Part shown: one piece after another, positions 13,655-25,438 of the stretch
Layout: every line of letters begins with the position of its first letter
How positions within the stretch are numbered: position 1 is the stretch's first letter
Assembly: GCA_964016885.1 (NCBI GenBank)
Contig: OZ024746.1
Location: 70,556,001-70,620,000 of the forward strand
Direction: 5' to 3'
Source of the DNA: Eledone cirrhosa
Lineage: Eukaryota
Length of the DNA: 64,000 nucleotides
Notes under the pieces: generated by a model
What the model was told of the DNA's origin: nothing
Seen by the model: the letters and a program-made list of their open reading frames with translations, nothing else
Database searches by the model: none
Program-made: the position numbers and the translations under genes

Positions 13655-16600
13655 TACCTTGTTTTCTTTCCTCCCTCCACACTTGCCCCCCTTTATCAGG
13701 TGATATCTACTCCTTTCCAATATGGACTAGTTCCACCAAGGAGATGGATGAAGCTTTACTACAGTGGAAAGAGCTGGGTTAGTCAGTTCCCAGTATTGTC
13801 AAGGATAGAAGGAAGCAGACAATCTGCATTCGAGCAAAACATTTAACTCCTTCTTTGCTCATTCTGATTAATTTTCTAGATACCGCTTACTTTCTGCAAG
13901 TGTAAAATTCACGCTAGACTGGATTGATGCCCTGCCTGTGGCCAACATTAGTGGTCTTCTCAGTCTGGATGAGCTCTGTATCTCCATTGCACTTATAGCG
14001 AGAGTACTGGGTAGTATGAATGTAACAAGGAATACATTGTTTGTGTGTATAATATTTAATTAACAATGGTAGATAGTATAGTTAACATGTCAAAGAAATA
14101 GATGATAGAATGAAACAAAGTTAGTCGTTACCGTTTTGATTGCCAGGCAAACGCGGCTGGCAGAGGACGCCTGGCTAAGGCCAGCCAGGCGCCGGAAGGC
14201 CAAATGAGAGGCAGAGCCAAATGAGAGAGTGAGAACTTAAAGTTGTTAGTTTTATAGGGTTCTGACCGGAAGTTACAGAAAAGGTTCTACTTCCCGTCTA
14301 GATGTTAATCCAAACAAGGGAGACAACCGCTACATAACCTCCCCCCAGAATTTTAGGATATAAAAATCGAAATGAAAATATGTAGCAAGTTGGCGAGAAT
14401 GTTGTAACAGGCATGAAAATTACGACAAAAGAATGTTTGCAAAAATCAATGATAGATATCAAGGTAGCCAACCGCTCTTGGCCAGAGAACGACTGGACAT
14501 CTATCTATCCATCACCCAAAGATACAATGTAATAAAGTAAGAGAAGGGCTCAAAGTTCAAATGTACAAAATATAGTTCACAGGTGTGCAATCACATGACA
14601 GCAGGAAAGAAAGTGTGTTCCAGAGAATGAATGCAGGTGGTTTCTGTTCTGTGGTATATCGTGAAATTTCCAACCTCCGAATGGATTTTCTCACAGGAAG
14701 AGTGCTGCAAAAATAAATTCTCTGGCTTTGGTTGTTGGTGAAGCTGTGTTGATGTATTGCTGTTGCTGCTGTATTGCTGTTGCTGTTGCTGTTATATTGC
14801 TGTTGCTGTTGCTGCTGCTGCTGCTGTTGTTTCGCTGAGTGAGCGTATTCGGTGTTTAAATTCACAGTAAAAAAAATTTTTTCAGAAAAAAATGAGTTGC
14901 GCAAAGTGCTAGAAATAGCAGCCGAAGTTGATGGTCGATGTTGAGAATGCGTTGACCTGGAAGGGTCAAGAGGCCAGCGACCAAAGAAATAAGCATTCTG
15001 AATAAATGCGCAGTTTTCAACGGCAAATTTACGTAGTAAATTTTTAAACCGGCAAATAGGAGAATATAGCTTAAGGCTGAAGAATCCTTGACGAGAAACG
15101 TTATCTCTAGCGTGCGGCTATCTCTGTGAGTCGAGACATCTCTGTGAGTCGAGAATTTGTGCTGCCTACACGTGCCAATACAAGGTTGAAAAAATAATAT
15201 TTCTAACGCGCGAGAAAATGATAGTGCAATTTTGAAAGTGACAATGATGAAAAAGAAAGGCTTCACTCAGCATAATTATTGGTGTGAACTTTGGAAAAAA
15301 ATCTTGAACGATGAAGAAAACGATGAAAAAAAAAAAGAGGCAATGGTTCATCGAAAATAAATGTTCCTGTTGAAATGTTTTTTAAAGAATATCAAATTTC
15401 TTTTTTTGTTTTGTTTTGAAAGAGTTCGTTGTAAGAAACGAGAAACATATACATATATCGTGAAATGTTTTTTATTTTTTTTTTTTTTTGTTTTGAAAGT
15501 GTTCGTTGTAAGAAACGAGATACATGTATATATATCGTGAAATGCGACAGTTAGTTGATGCGTGAGAGAAAAAGTCTGTCTGAACGCGAATTCCACATGT
15601 GCGTGTGTGCGTTTGTTTCTTTTACTGAGTATTTTCATAGTTTGTCGATAAATTTGCTGTGTATTCGTAATGTTACTCACGCAACACCAGATCCGCTATC
15701 TTTTCTTTTTTGGGGGGGTGACCACTTATAGCGATGAACGGCTGCGTGTTCGTATCACGTCAGGGTTACCAATGTAGCGAGAGTACTGGGTAGTATGAAT
15801 GTAACAAGGAATACATTGTTTGTGTGTATAATATTTAATTAACAATGGTAGATAGTATAGTTAACATGTCAAAGAAATAGATGATAGAATGAAACAAAGT
15901 TAGTCGTTACCGTTTTGATTGCCAGGCAAATGCGGCTGGCAGAGGACGCCTGGCTAAGGCCAGCCAGGCGCCGGAAGGCCAAATGAGAGGCAGAGCCAAA
16001 TGAGAGAGTGAGAACTTAAAGTTGTTAGTTTTATAGGGTTCTGACCGGAAGTTACAGAAAAGGTTCTACTTCCCGTCTAGATGTTAATCCAAACAAGGGA
16101 GACAACCGCTACACACTCTAGGTAGGAGCCGATGACTGTGGGGGTCTGAGATGTCACTGTGGTAGATCCTTCGGCTCTACAGTCCTGCCGCCTGAATGCT
16201 GGTCGCTTCGCGCACCACACCAAGCTAAACTTGACCATTAAGCAGGTCTTAGCTCAGGTAAATATCCCCTCAGTTCTGGAACCAGTTGGATTATCCAGAA
16301 GTGATGGGAAGAGGACCAGACGGCTTTACCCATTGTCCCTGGGTAAGACGCAGATGTCTCAGCCAGTGACTCTTTTGCTCCCTACATCATGGACGCTGCG
16401 GTAAAAATGTGAGGGTCACTGCTTCCGTTGCCGAATAGAATAAACTCCGAAAATCCCGGTAACTATCAAATAACTTTTTTTTCCAGTCTGTGACATTGAA
16501 GACGTTTGGTGGAGCTGGGACGCTGACAGCGAAGTGCTTGTCATCGTTGGAGACTCGCCTTACCAAGGTGTCAGGTGATGCCCGTGAAGGTGCCTGGTTG

Positions 16601-16855
16601 TTTCAACGCCGTAGCCTCGCCACCACCCGCAGTAATATTGCGAGCGTATTGGCTTGCCCCGAAATTTTCCATTGACCCTTGTGATTCCATTGACCCTGTG
16701 TGATGTGCGGTCGATTGTCGCACTTGATGTTCGTTTTTATTTCTTTTTCTCTGTGCATTGCATTTGTGCGGTTCCTAGCATTTATTATGTGTTTATATTT
16801 TCATTCAGTAAGAATGTAATGTTATTTATAAAAGCGTAAACTTCAAAAAATAAAA
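13655..16855 (+). mobile_element. Degenerate CRE-like retrotransposon, copy B, split by the LTR element (13655-13993 and 16118-16855)
   Basis: Homologous to copy A: LEPVGLSRSDGKR, DAREGAWLFQRRSLA; the SIAL|xVGAD motif resumes after the insertion. Confidence 0.72.
13994..16113 (-). mobile_element. Non-autonomous LTR retroelement (Gypsy-like), 2120 bp
   Basis: 341-bp LTRs 13994-14334 and 15773-16113 with 2 differences that I could see; TGTAGCG..CGCTACA ends; CACT TSD (13990-13993, 16114-16117); tRNA-Trp PBS next to 15773; PPT GGGGGGAGG next to 14334; no gag/pol motifs seen. Confidence 0.93.
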
Positions 16856-17667
16856 TTGACTTAATGCATCGCTTGTTCCGGGAATCGAACTCACAACATC
16901 ACAATTGCGAAACCAATTCTCTAACCACTCAGTCACGCGCCTTCATATATTGTTTCTACTTTTGGTACAAGGCCAGCAATTATCCTAGTGTATTCCTGAT
17001 ACTTTATTTTATCGATCCCGTAAGGATGAAAGGCAAAGTTAACCTCGACGAGATTTGAACTCAGGCCGTAAAGGGACGTAACTATGCTAGAAAGCATGGC
17101 GTTCGACCCTCTACCAATACTGCCATTTCACGGCCTCATTTATTGTCAGTTAATAAGCGACTTAAAATATCCATTTAATTACTTTAGTTAGTATTAAAAT
17201 GAAATGTGATATTTTTTCTGAGATTATTTCTCCTGACCAACATTGCGGCTTTTCTCCCTAGTACATAAAATACACGCGACTCAATAAAACAGACGGTAAC
17301 ATTTTCTGTTTCATTAGAAAATGTTAGATGCTTAAATAAAATTCTAGATCTCTCAACAATTTTAACACAATTTCTGACTCACTATTTCCTGACATCCTTT
17401 ACACGTTCACCCATTTAATTAAATGAAATGAAAAAGAGCGAAAAAAATATTTTGCTTAACCTTATTATAATTATTTCTCACAACACAGACCAAATTATAT
17501 TTAATTTTAATTTGTTAACTTGTTTATTAATTTTTTTTTTTCTCCTGACAATTAGAAAATAGTTTTAATTTAAGACAAGTTCTGCACTTTATAAAAGCAC
17601 TTTAAGATAGTAATCAATTATTTTTAATTCTGAATATTCAACTGCCGACTTGAATACAACAACGGTG

Positions 17668-17688
17668 TATTTCCGGTTGTTTCCGGGA
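17668..17688. promoter_or_regulatory. Two ETS-like TTCCGG sites upstream of the C17orf75 ATG
   Basis: tatttccggttgtttccggga ~50-70 nt upstream of the ATG; motif match only. Confidence 0.3.
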
Positions 17689-17736
17689 GCTTCTTCTGTA
17701 TAGTTGCCTTAAATCTCGTTCAGAAAATAACAATAA

Positions 17737-17771
17737 ATGAATGGAAACCGTTATTACCAACTATCTAAAAG
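17737..17771 (+). CDS. C17orf75: Njmu-R1/C17orf75 homolog exon 1 (MNGNRYYQLSK)
   Basis: ATG plus AG|GTACAC donor, phase 2, joins exon 2 in frame; weak homology and weak donor, so least certain exon. Confidence 0.6.
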
Positions 17772-18443
17772 GTACACGAAGTTTTCTATCAACTTCAAAT
17801 TGTGTTGATCATCGTTTCATTGTGTACTGGAAGCTGTCGTCTCACCTGTTCATTTGATACACCGGTCTCTAAGCCTCGCAGATTGCCAGCATGGTTGACA
17901 CTAGTGGCAACCTTTCAGATTCACCCTATGACAACATTCCTCCAACTCAAATCCAACGACAGCACTTTTATGCTCTGTACACTTTCCACTCGACCAGGTA
18001 ATCTTTCGAATTACTTAAATGTCATAGTACAAAACCCTTACATATCTATATTTTGTTTTGGGTATATCCAGTAAATACATGTTTTGATGTCAAACACGCC
18101 TTACAAAAGTTTTCTTTATTATTGTATATCTATTTGTTTGTCTATTCAACTATTTATTTCCTGGTTCTTTAGTTATTCCTTATTCGATCTTATCACTTCT
18201 TAGTAGTGGACTGTTAATTATGCTCAACGCAAGCATAGTAACAATTATGCATAAGAATGTACTTCTGCTGTTAAAAGCTTGTATCTTCTTTAAAACTAGG
18301 GATATCGAATAACATGACACGTCAAAGACAGACGATCGTATTTACCTGTAAAGCTAATATGGATTTGCACAGTCTAGGATTGACTTGACCTTTCATGTTA
18401 TATTATCGATCTCTTACGGAGGACATAAAACGTGTTGCAACAT

Positions 18444-18482
<39 letters not shown>

Positions 18483-19732
18483 TTCCCGATGGTTATCGAG
18501 AGGTGACTACAGTTAAATATCATATATATATATGGGTGGGCTTCTAAATTAAACAAAAAATATTTTGCGTTGGAAATTTAAATAGAATTTTTTTCTCTTT
18601 TCTGTATTGATTGATTAGGAAATATCATAATGAAGAAATGTTCCAATAAAGAATTATATGGGTCATAACTGTTGTTTTTTTTATGGGAGGTTATTTTTTC
18701 ACTTAATAGCATTGTCATTTCATTCACACTCTTTCGTTATGACAAGTCTTCATACACAAATGTTTCGATGTAAACAAACCGAGTTCTTTTCTGTCTTGAA
18801 TCTTCATGCTATTTTTATTGTTGGGTCCCTCTATATAAAATTCTCCTTTTTATGCATAAGGTTTAAAAGAATATAGTTGATCTAAGAGAGAGAGTAAGTG
18901 ACAATTAAAAATACTGAACATTTTTTATAAGTATTGGGTTTGTTACTTCCCTGTCGATTTTTTATTATAGCGTGCCACGTTCATTCGGGTCATTCAGAAT
19001 TTTTGTTGTTGTTTAAAATGGGTGGGTGGGATTATAGGGAGATTGGTTTCAATTTCTAGCTGTTCGAGCGATCACATAGAGCTGGATTCGTGGAGTAAAA
19101 TAATAATTAAAATTATTCAATTCATGATGTCAATTACATGAATAATTTTTTTTTTTTTTTTTCTGATGTAAAATAAAGCAACTTCATCGAACAGGGGTTT
19201 TCCTTTTTCAGTTTCGCATATAAATATTATTATATATAATAATTCAGGGTGGAGAGGGAAGTGCAGCTAGTTTGTTGAAAGGTGGGCGAGACTGATTAGC
19301 ATGGCCCAATTGAATTTTGTTGAAAGGTGCGTGAGACTGGTGAGAGTGGCCCGAGTGAATGGGCCTGCTCTGAGTATGCGCCTGTAGATTGGAGGAGGAT
19401 AACGGGGGGCACTTATCCTAGCGGTCAGGGTGGCCGTGACATTTTATGGGCATTTTCTACGAATTACCTTCGGAAGTTCCCTCTATTGAGGAATTTATTT
19501 TGTTTGAATTTTTGTACATGTTCCTTTTGGGGACCTCTGAGATGAAGGGCAATGTCCACGGACCTTTGAGAACTTCCGATATGTCTACTACATGTCCCTC
19601 TCTAGGAAGTAATTATTTGGAGTTACTACTCTCCCAGATAGTTGCCTGTTCTGTGGTTTACAATTATTTATTTGATAAGTAATAAATGTTCTTAATCTTC
19701 TGCTCCACTCATACTCTCCCTTCCTTATGTCT

Positions 19733-19950
19733 TTAACCCTTTAGCATTCACATTATTTTATATATACTATTATATTTTAATGGTAAAGGCTTTACCTCAC
19801 ATAATTATCTCACATAATATCGAATCTATGAGATTTTGTAAGTATTTATTTTGAGAACAATACTTTAACATCAGTTTGAGCGACCAGTTACAACCAGTTT
19901 CAACAGAAAGAGGTAGAGAATTCTGGCCGGTTTGAACACTAAAGGGTTAA
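19733..19950. mobile_element. piggyBac-like MITE family 1 (other copies 36271-36473, 42093-42298, 44349-44577, partial ~60670-60837)
   Basis: TTAA|CCCTTTAGCATT ... AATGCTAAAGGG|TTAA; perfect 14-bp TIR in the 44349 copy. Confidence 0.8.
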
Positions 19951-19984
19951 GATACAATCAACATAAGTTACTTTTCCATTCTAG

Positions 19985-20068
19985 GTCCAAACCTCGAAAG
20001 TGTCAAGAGAAAAGTGAAGCTACAGTAGAGAACCAAGAGAAGGGTGATGATGATATTGAAGAACTAAG
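19985..20068 (+). CDS. C17orf75: C17orf75 homolog exon 2 (RSKPRKCQEKSEATVENQEKGDDDIEEL)
   Basis: ttttccattctAG acceptor, AG|GTAAGT donor, 84 nt, phase 2-2. Confidence 0.78.
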
Positions 20069-20982
20069 GTAAGTTTTATTAGACTTTCATTCCTATCATG
20101 TGTTTCTGCCTTTTGAATGTTCATCATGCATGTATTTTTTCACTCTTATTGCGGCACTCAAGTGTTGGTGATCTATTTGATAAATGCACCCAGTACAAGC
20201 TGTAAAGTGGTTGGTGATAGGAAGGGCATCCAGCCATAGAAAGCTTGCCAAACGAAGGGTTGGGACGACCCTTTAGTTGTGTCAAGGATATGTCAGCCTC
20301 CTTAGTGCTGGTGATTTACTCAATAAAAGCACCCAGTACAGGCTGTAAAGCGGTTGGTGATAATAAGAGCATCCAGCCATGGAAAGCTTACCAAACAACG
20401 GGTGGTTAGGAAGACCCTTCAGTTTGTATCAAAAGACGTTACAAATTCTCTGTGTTCAATATGACCATACAGAAGCAGGATACAAACCCCTCGGCTTGTC
20501 TGGGAGGTCTGTAGACTCATTAAACCCTTGCTAGCAGGGAAAGAATACATTAAATGACGAGGATGATTATGATAGGGCATATAGCAGTGGGTTGACAGTA
20601 TCAGTATAGCATTGGACACCAGGTTTCATGGCATAGTTATGGCCCTTTATGTTCTGAGTTCAAATCCTGCCGAAGTTAGCTTTGCCTTTTCATCCTTATG
20701 GGGTCAATAAAATAAAGTACCACACTGGAGTAGATTTAATTGACTTTCCCCCTCCCCCAAAATTGTTGGCCTTGTGCCTATAGAAGAAACCATTATTATA
20801 GAGTATTGTGGTATTTCTTCCAGCACTTTAGTTCTGTGTTCAAATCCCACCAAGGTTAACTTTGCCTTCCGTCCGTCCAGGTTCGACTTTCTCCTTACCC
20901 CAAATTGCTGGCCTTATATGCCACAATGTTAGAAAGTGTTATTGTTTAATTATATATTTAATCTTTTTTTCTTTTTTTCCAG

Positions 20983-21108
20983 TCTTTCTATTGTAGCTAC
21001 AGATTTAAATGCAGGGATTGAAATTGAGTTGCGGAAGTGTTTGGTACAGCGTTTATCGAAAGGTGTTGACTGCATTGGTAGCGGAAATGTTGTTAGTTTA
21101 ACTTCAAG
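20983..21108 (+). CDS. C17orf75: C17orf75 homolog exon 3 (SLSIVATDLNAGIEIELRKCLVQRLSKGVDCIGSGNVVSLTS)
   Basis: Strong pyrimidine tract and CAG; resembles human SLSLADTNL..ELRSFIAKRLSRG..GLGNVASV (from memory). Confidence 0.9.
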
Positions 21109-21607
21109 GTGAATATCGAATTTTCTTAATTAAATCTATGATAAAAATTTAGATTTTTTTCTTAATGTGATATTTACTGTTTCATAATCAATATAGGCAT
21201 AGTAATGGCTGTGTGGTTAAAGAGTTTCCTTTGTGTGGCAGCTTGTGAGTGAAACTTTGGTAGACCAATATTGTAAAGAAGCCTATCATTTATATGTTTA
21301 TGTATGTATTGTGTGTATGCTTAAGCAAGATTATTGGATAAGATCCATAAGTTTAGTTGGTCTTGCTTAGGGATCCAGCCAGATCATTTGGAGACAGTTG
21401 CTTCTGATAGGACCCTCTGGAAGGCATGTCTAAGGGTTCTTCCCTCACAACCCTCTCAGGTATAAGTGGGCAGAAAAATATAGTTTGTTTCTCATTAACA
21501 GCATTCTAGCTGTTACATGCTAAAAATAGCAACTTGACTTTATGTAGATCTGTAAGCTTAATCTTTTAAGTAGACTAAATTATAATTTTCAATCTTTCAG
21601 CAGAATT

Positions 21608-22958
21608 CATCATCATTTTACATCCGCTTTTCCCTGCTTGCAAGGGTGGGACGGGTCTTATTCAGCACAGCATCTCTCCACTCGTCACGATCCCTCGTCA
21701 TCTCCACCGTGAGCTTCAATGATCTGAGGTCTGTTCTCACCACCTCCGCCCATGTTTTTCGTGGTCTACCTCTACCACGTCTTCCTTCAACTGGCATTTC
21801 CTGGCACTTCTTCACCCATCGGTCATCCTCCATGCGCATCACATATCTCCTCTCCCGTATACTACATTCTATCCCTCTCAGACACAGTTTCTCTCTCAAC
21901 ACATTTATGCTGGGTCGTTCACGCACATTTACACTGCACATCCAACGGAGCATGCTTGCCTCATTTCTCTCCAGCCGTCGCATATCCTCTGCGGTTGCTG
22001 CCCATGTCTCACTACCATGCAGCATCGCGCTCCTCACACAGGCATCATACAACCGGCCTTTCGTACGCAGGGAGAAACCCTTCTTCGTCAACAGAGGAAG
22101 CAGCTCCCTAAACTTCTTCCAACCCGTCCTTATTCTAGATACTATGGCCTCGGAACACCCTCCTCCCATGCTAATCTGATCTCCTAGGTACCGGAAGCTA
22201 TCCACCACTTCTATAGCGCCCTCTCGCATTTGAAAAATGTGTCTATCAGTGCGACTTCTACTGTCTAATTTCCCTGTACATCTACTGCATACATATTTCT
22301 CCCTACCTGTTAGTTTGCCTGCTATCCCGCTACATCTCTTGTGTACCCAGGACCTGCATTGTGTGCATTTTATAGAATTTATGCCAGTTCCTTTTCTGCA
22401 TATCGAACATGGCCATTTCCCTGACGGAATCAGGGTTTTGTCCTCTTTTCTACTCATCAACACTTTTGTCTTAGCTAGATTTACTCTCAGTCCTCTTGCT
22501 TCCAACTGCTGTTTCCATAGCCGGAATTTATTCTCTAGCTCCTCTACTGATTCTGCCATAAGAGCCAGATCGTCAGCATAGAGAAGTTCCCATGGACAGC
22601 CAGTCTTAAACTCCTCTGTTATGGCTTGGAGGACTATAATGAACAAGAGCGGGCTGAGGACCGAACTCTGATGTACTCCTACTTGTATCTGGAATTCCTC
22701 ACTAAACTCCATTCCTACCCTGACTTTACTGAGAGTACCTCTGTACAAAGTTTGCACTGTCCTCACAAGCCATTCCTCAACACCCAGCTTCCTTAGGGAC
22801 CACCAGATGACAGATCGGGGTACCCTATCAAAGGCCTTCTCTAGGTCAACAAAGGCTAAGTATAGTGGCTTATTCTTCTCTAAGAACCTCTCTTGCATTT
22901 GTCTCACCAAGAAGAGGGCATCTGTTGTACTCTTCCCAGGCACAAAACCAAACTGCAT
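21608..22958 (-). mobile_element. 5'-truncated RTE-clade LINE, second family (short 3' end)
   Basis: 446-aa ORF with [18 protein letters not shown]4HC3 insert, GRPRKTW; (GAT)n tail. Confidence 0.92.
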
Positions 22959-23454
22959 TATACATTCAAATTCAAAAGAATTACTCTTAACTTAACTCTT
23001 AAGATCCTGTAATGATTTTGCAAAAACTCTCTAAAAATGGGTTCGTTAATTCAAATGTTTATAAATATCTTTACTAGTGGACGGAACATTGTGAAAATTT
23101 ACAGTTAACTAAAATACAGACTTTAATTTTTAATGTGATACAGTCATAGTGCTGTTTTTTACTTTTCAAGAATGTGGTTTCATGATGTTAAGAGTTGTGT
23201 TGTTTTTTTTCCATTGGTATTCTGTTTTCCCTTTCACAGCTGCATCTGCTACAAAAATTTGCTATAATTTTATTTTAAAAAAAACAGTTAGGAGTGTAGA
23301 AAAAAAGATAAAGAAAATAGAATTATTTTAATCAAATTAATTAAAATTATTTGCTTTCATTCTTTGAATGATTATTCTATGATTTTTTTTTTTTCCTTAT
23401 ATGATTGATTTTGTATCAATTATATTTAATATATATATATATTTTTTCTTCCAG

Positions 23455-23622
23455 TGAAAATTCAGATTTTCCATCAGTTTGCTATTATTGTCTATGGAAA
23501 TCTGATTCCAATCCTGCCTGCAAAAGTACACCAGTCCTACCGCCATCACCAAAATCTCGAACCACATCTACTGGAGATTATTTAGTTTGTTTCCTGTTTA
23601 GCCAAGAAGATTCACTTGAACA
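23455..23622 (+). CDS. C17orf75: C17orf75 homolog exon 4 (SENSDFPSVCYYCLWK...GDYLVCFLFSQEDSLE)
   Basis: CYYCL and YLVCFL motifs; ends at U12 donor ATATCCTTT. Confidence 0.9.
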
Positions 23623-24162
23623 ATATCCTTTAGTATTTTGTTACCATAAAAAAAAAACGTATTAATCTTCTGTATGTATTATTTTTATTCAGTTTCTTTA
23701 TAACATTTTGTTTACTGTTTAGTCTGAGGGGTAGGTCACCAGTGCTCATGATGCTCTTCAGGGTCCCCAAAACTAATGGGATGGCGAAAGGTATCCTCAA
23801 ACTAAAGACCTAGTCTGAATGCTTGCAACAGAGTGGTATTTGTAAAAGGTACCAAAGGGCCAGGTGGTGGTATTAAACTAGGTTACAGATTAGTTTTACC
23901 AGCCACACATAGAGTTTAAAAATATATATATTTCTATTCATTGTGTAAAATTTTAAACATTATACAATTATTGAGTTTGATTTTCCTGATTTCCATGCAA
24001 AGTATTCAATGTTATTCAATATTAAAACATATTAAGCAGGTTGTACATATTCTGAGTGTGTTAGGTAGATGTTACACATACACCAAAGTTGGTAAATTTT
24101 ATTTATTATAATTCTATTTTTGTGATAACATTATATAGTCTTCATCATCATGATGCATATCA

Positions 24163-24557
24163 TCATCATCATCATCACCGTTTTATGTCCGTTCTTCCAC
24201 GCTAGCATAGGTTAGACGGGTTGTCCTGGTATGGGCAGTGTCCGGTCGGCTGACTTTGTCTTGCTCATACGGAAACTGATTCTGGCTTGATTTCTACAGC
24301 TGGATGCCCTTCCTAACACCAACCTCATTTACAGTGAGTGCTGGGTGCTTTTTTTCCTATGGCACCTCCACGACCACTTTGCAGTGGAATGATAGGGACC
24401 CCAGTCCTATCATCTCATTTCTTCAGCTGAGTAAACTGGAGCAATGTGAAATAAAGTGTCTTGCTCAAGGAAACAACACATCACCCGGTCCGAGAATTGA
24501 ACTCACAACCTTTCGATTGCAACCCCAATGCTCTAACCACTAAGCCATGCGCCTTCA
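24163..24557 (-). mobile_element. tRNA-derived CORE-like SINE (family B). Other copies 32740-33125, 33160-33440, 48113-48450, 59205-59543 (+)
   Basis: Head GGCGCATGGCTTAGTGGTTAGAGC..GAGTTCAATTC; core TCCTTGAGCAAGACACTTTATTTCAC; RTE-like 3' end with (GAT)n. Confidence 0.88.
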
Positions 24558-25183
24558 TTACTCAGAAACAAAAAATATATTAGGTTGATGTATAGTAATA
24601 AAATAAAGTTAAAATGTTTATTTTTTAGTAATATTCCTGCCTCAGTAGTAGAGCGGTCATCAGTGCCAGATTTTGGCTACAGCTACAGGGGCCTCAAAAT
24701 ATTTGAATGCCACATCATCATTATAATTTACCATCCATTCTCCCTGCTAGAAACGTATATGTTTACAATTTTTGTGAGACCTTCTGGTGTAATATTATAA
24801 TAAGGGGCCACTGAGCTTTATGACTTCACCATGTCTAAATCTGGCACTGTTCAGCATAGTGGCATACCCTGTGGAGCAAACACCATATTTCACTGATCTT
24901 TAGATGTTCTTTTTCCATTATGTCTTTTTATGATTATGAAAATGAACTACCAAATTACAGTTTACATCACACCTGGGTTATTACTAACTAGTGGGGTGGG
25001 GTGGGGTGAAGGGCTACATTTTTCATCTAATCTGGACCTATTACCAGTTTTCAACTGGCTTGTATACAAGATAATATTCTGAATTCATAAATATTTTCAT
25101 TTAAACAATTTTTGTTGCTATGAAAAAAAACCAGATGGATCGATAAATTGATCACACCTATTATTATAGATTTCTTAAGAGTT

Positions 25184-25438
25184 TTAACCCTTTTGATACC
25201 AACAAAACCTGAATTTATGATACAAAACTACTTGTTTTAAAATGTGTATCCTTATATGAAAAATTTTTCATTATAATTTAATTTTAGAAATTTTTCTTAA
25301 GTAATGTTCTAAATATCAGCTTACTAATGAAAAACTTATTTATTTTATTAAATTCCTCCAAATGTTTGGTTATTTTCAAAATTAATTGAAACACTTAGGC
25401 AGTGTAATTCATTAGAAATATGGTAATGAAAGGGTTAA
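25184..25438. mobile_element. piggyBac-like MITE family 2 (related copies ~29359-29758, 35556-35680, 40095-40297, 40322-40570, 40819-41065, 51293-51965)
   Basis: TTAA|CCCTTTTGATACC ... GGTAATGAAAGGG|TTAA. Confidence 0.72.

Noticed and set aside
14557-14904. PolyQ ORF inside the LTR element
   Set aside because: Produced by a CAG/CAA simple repeat; no gag or other motif.
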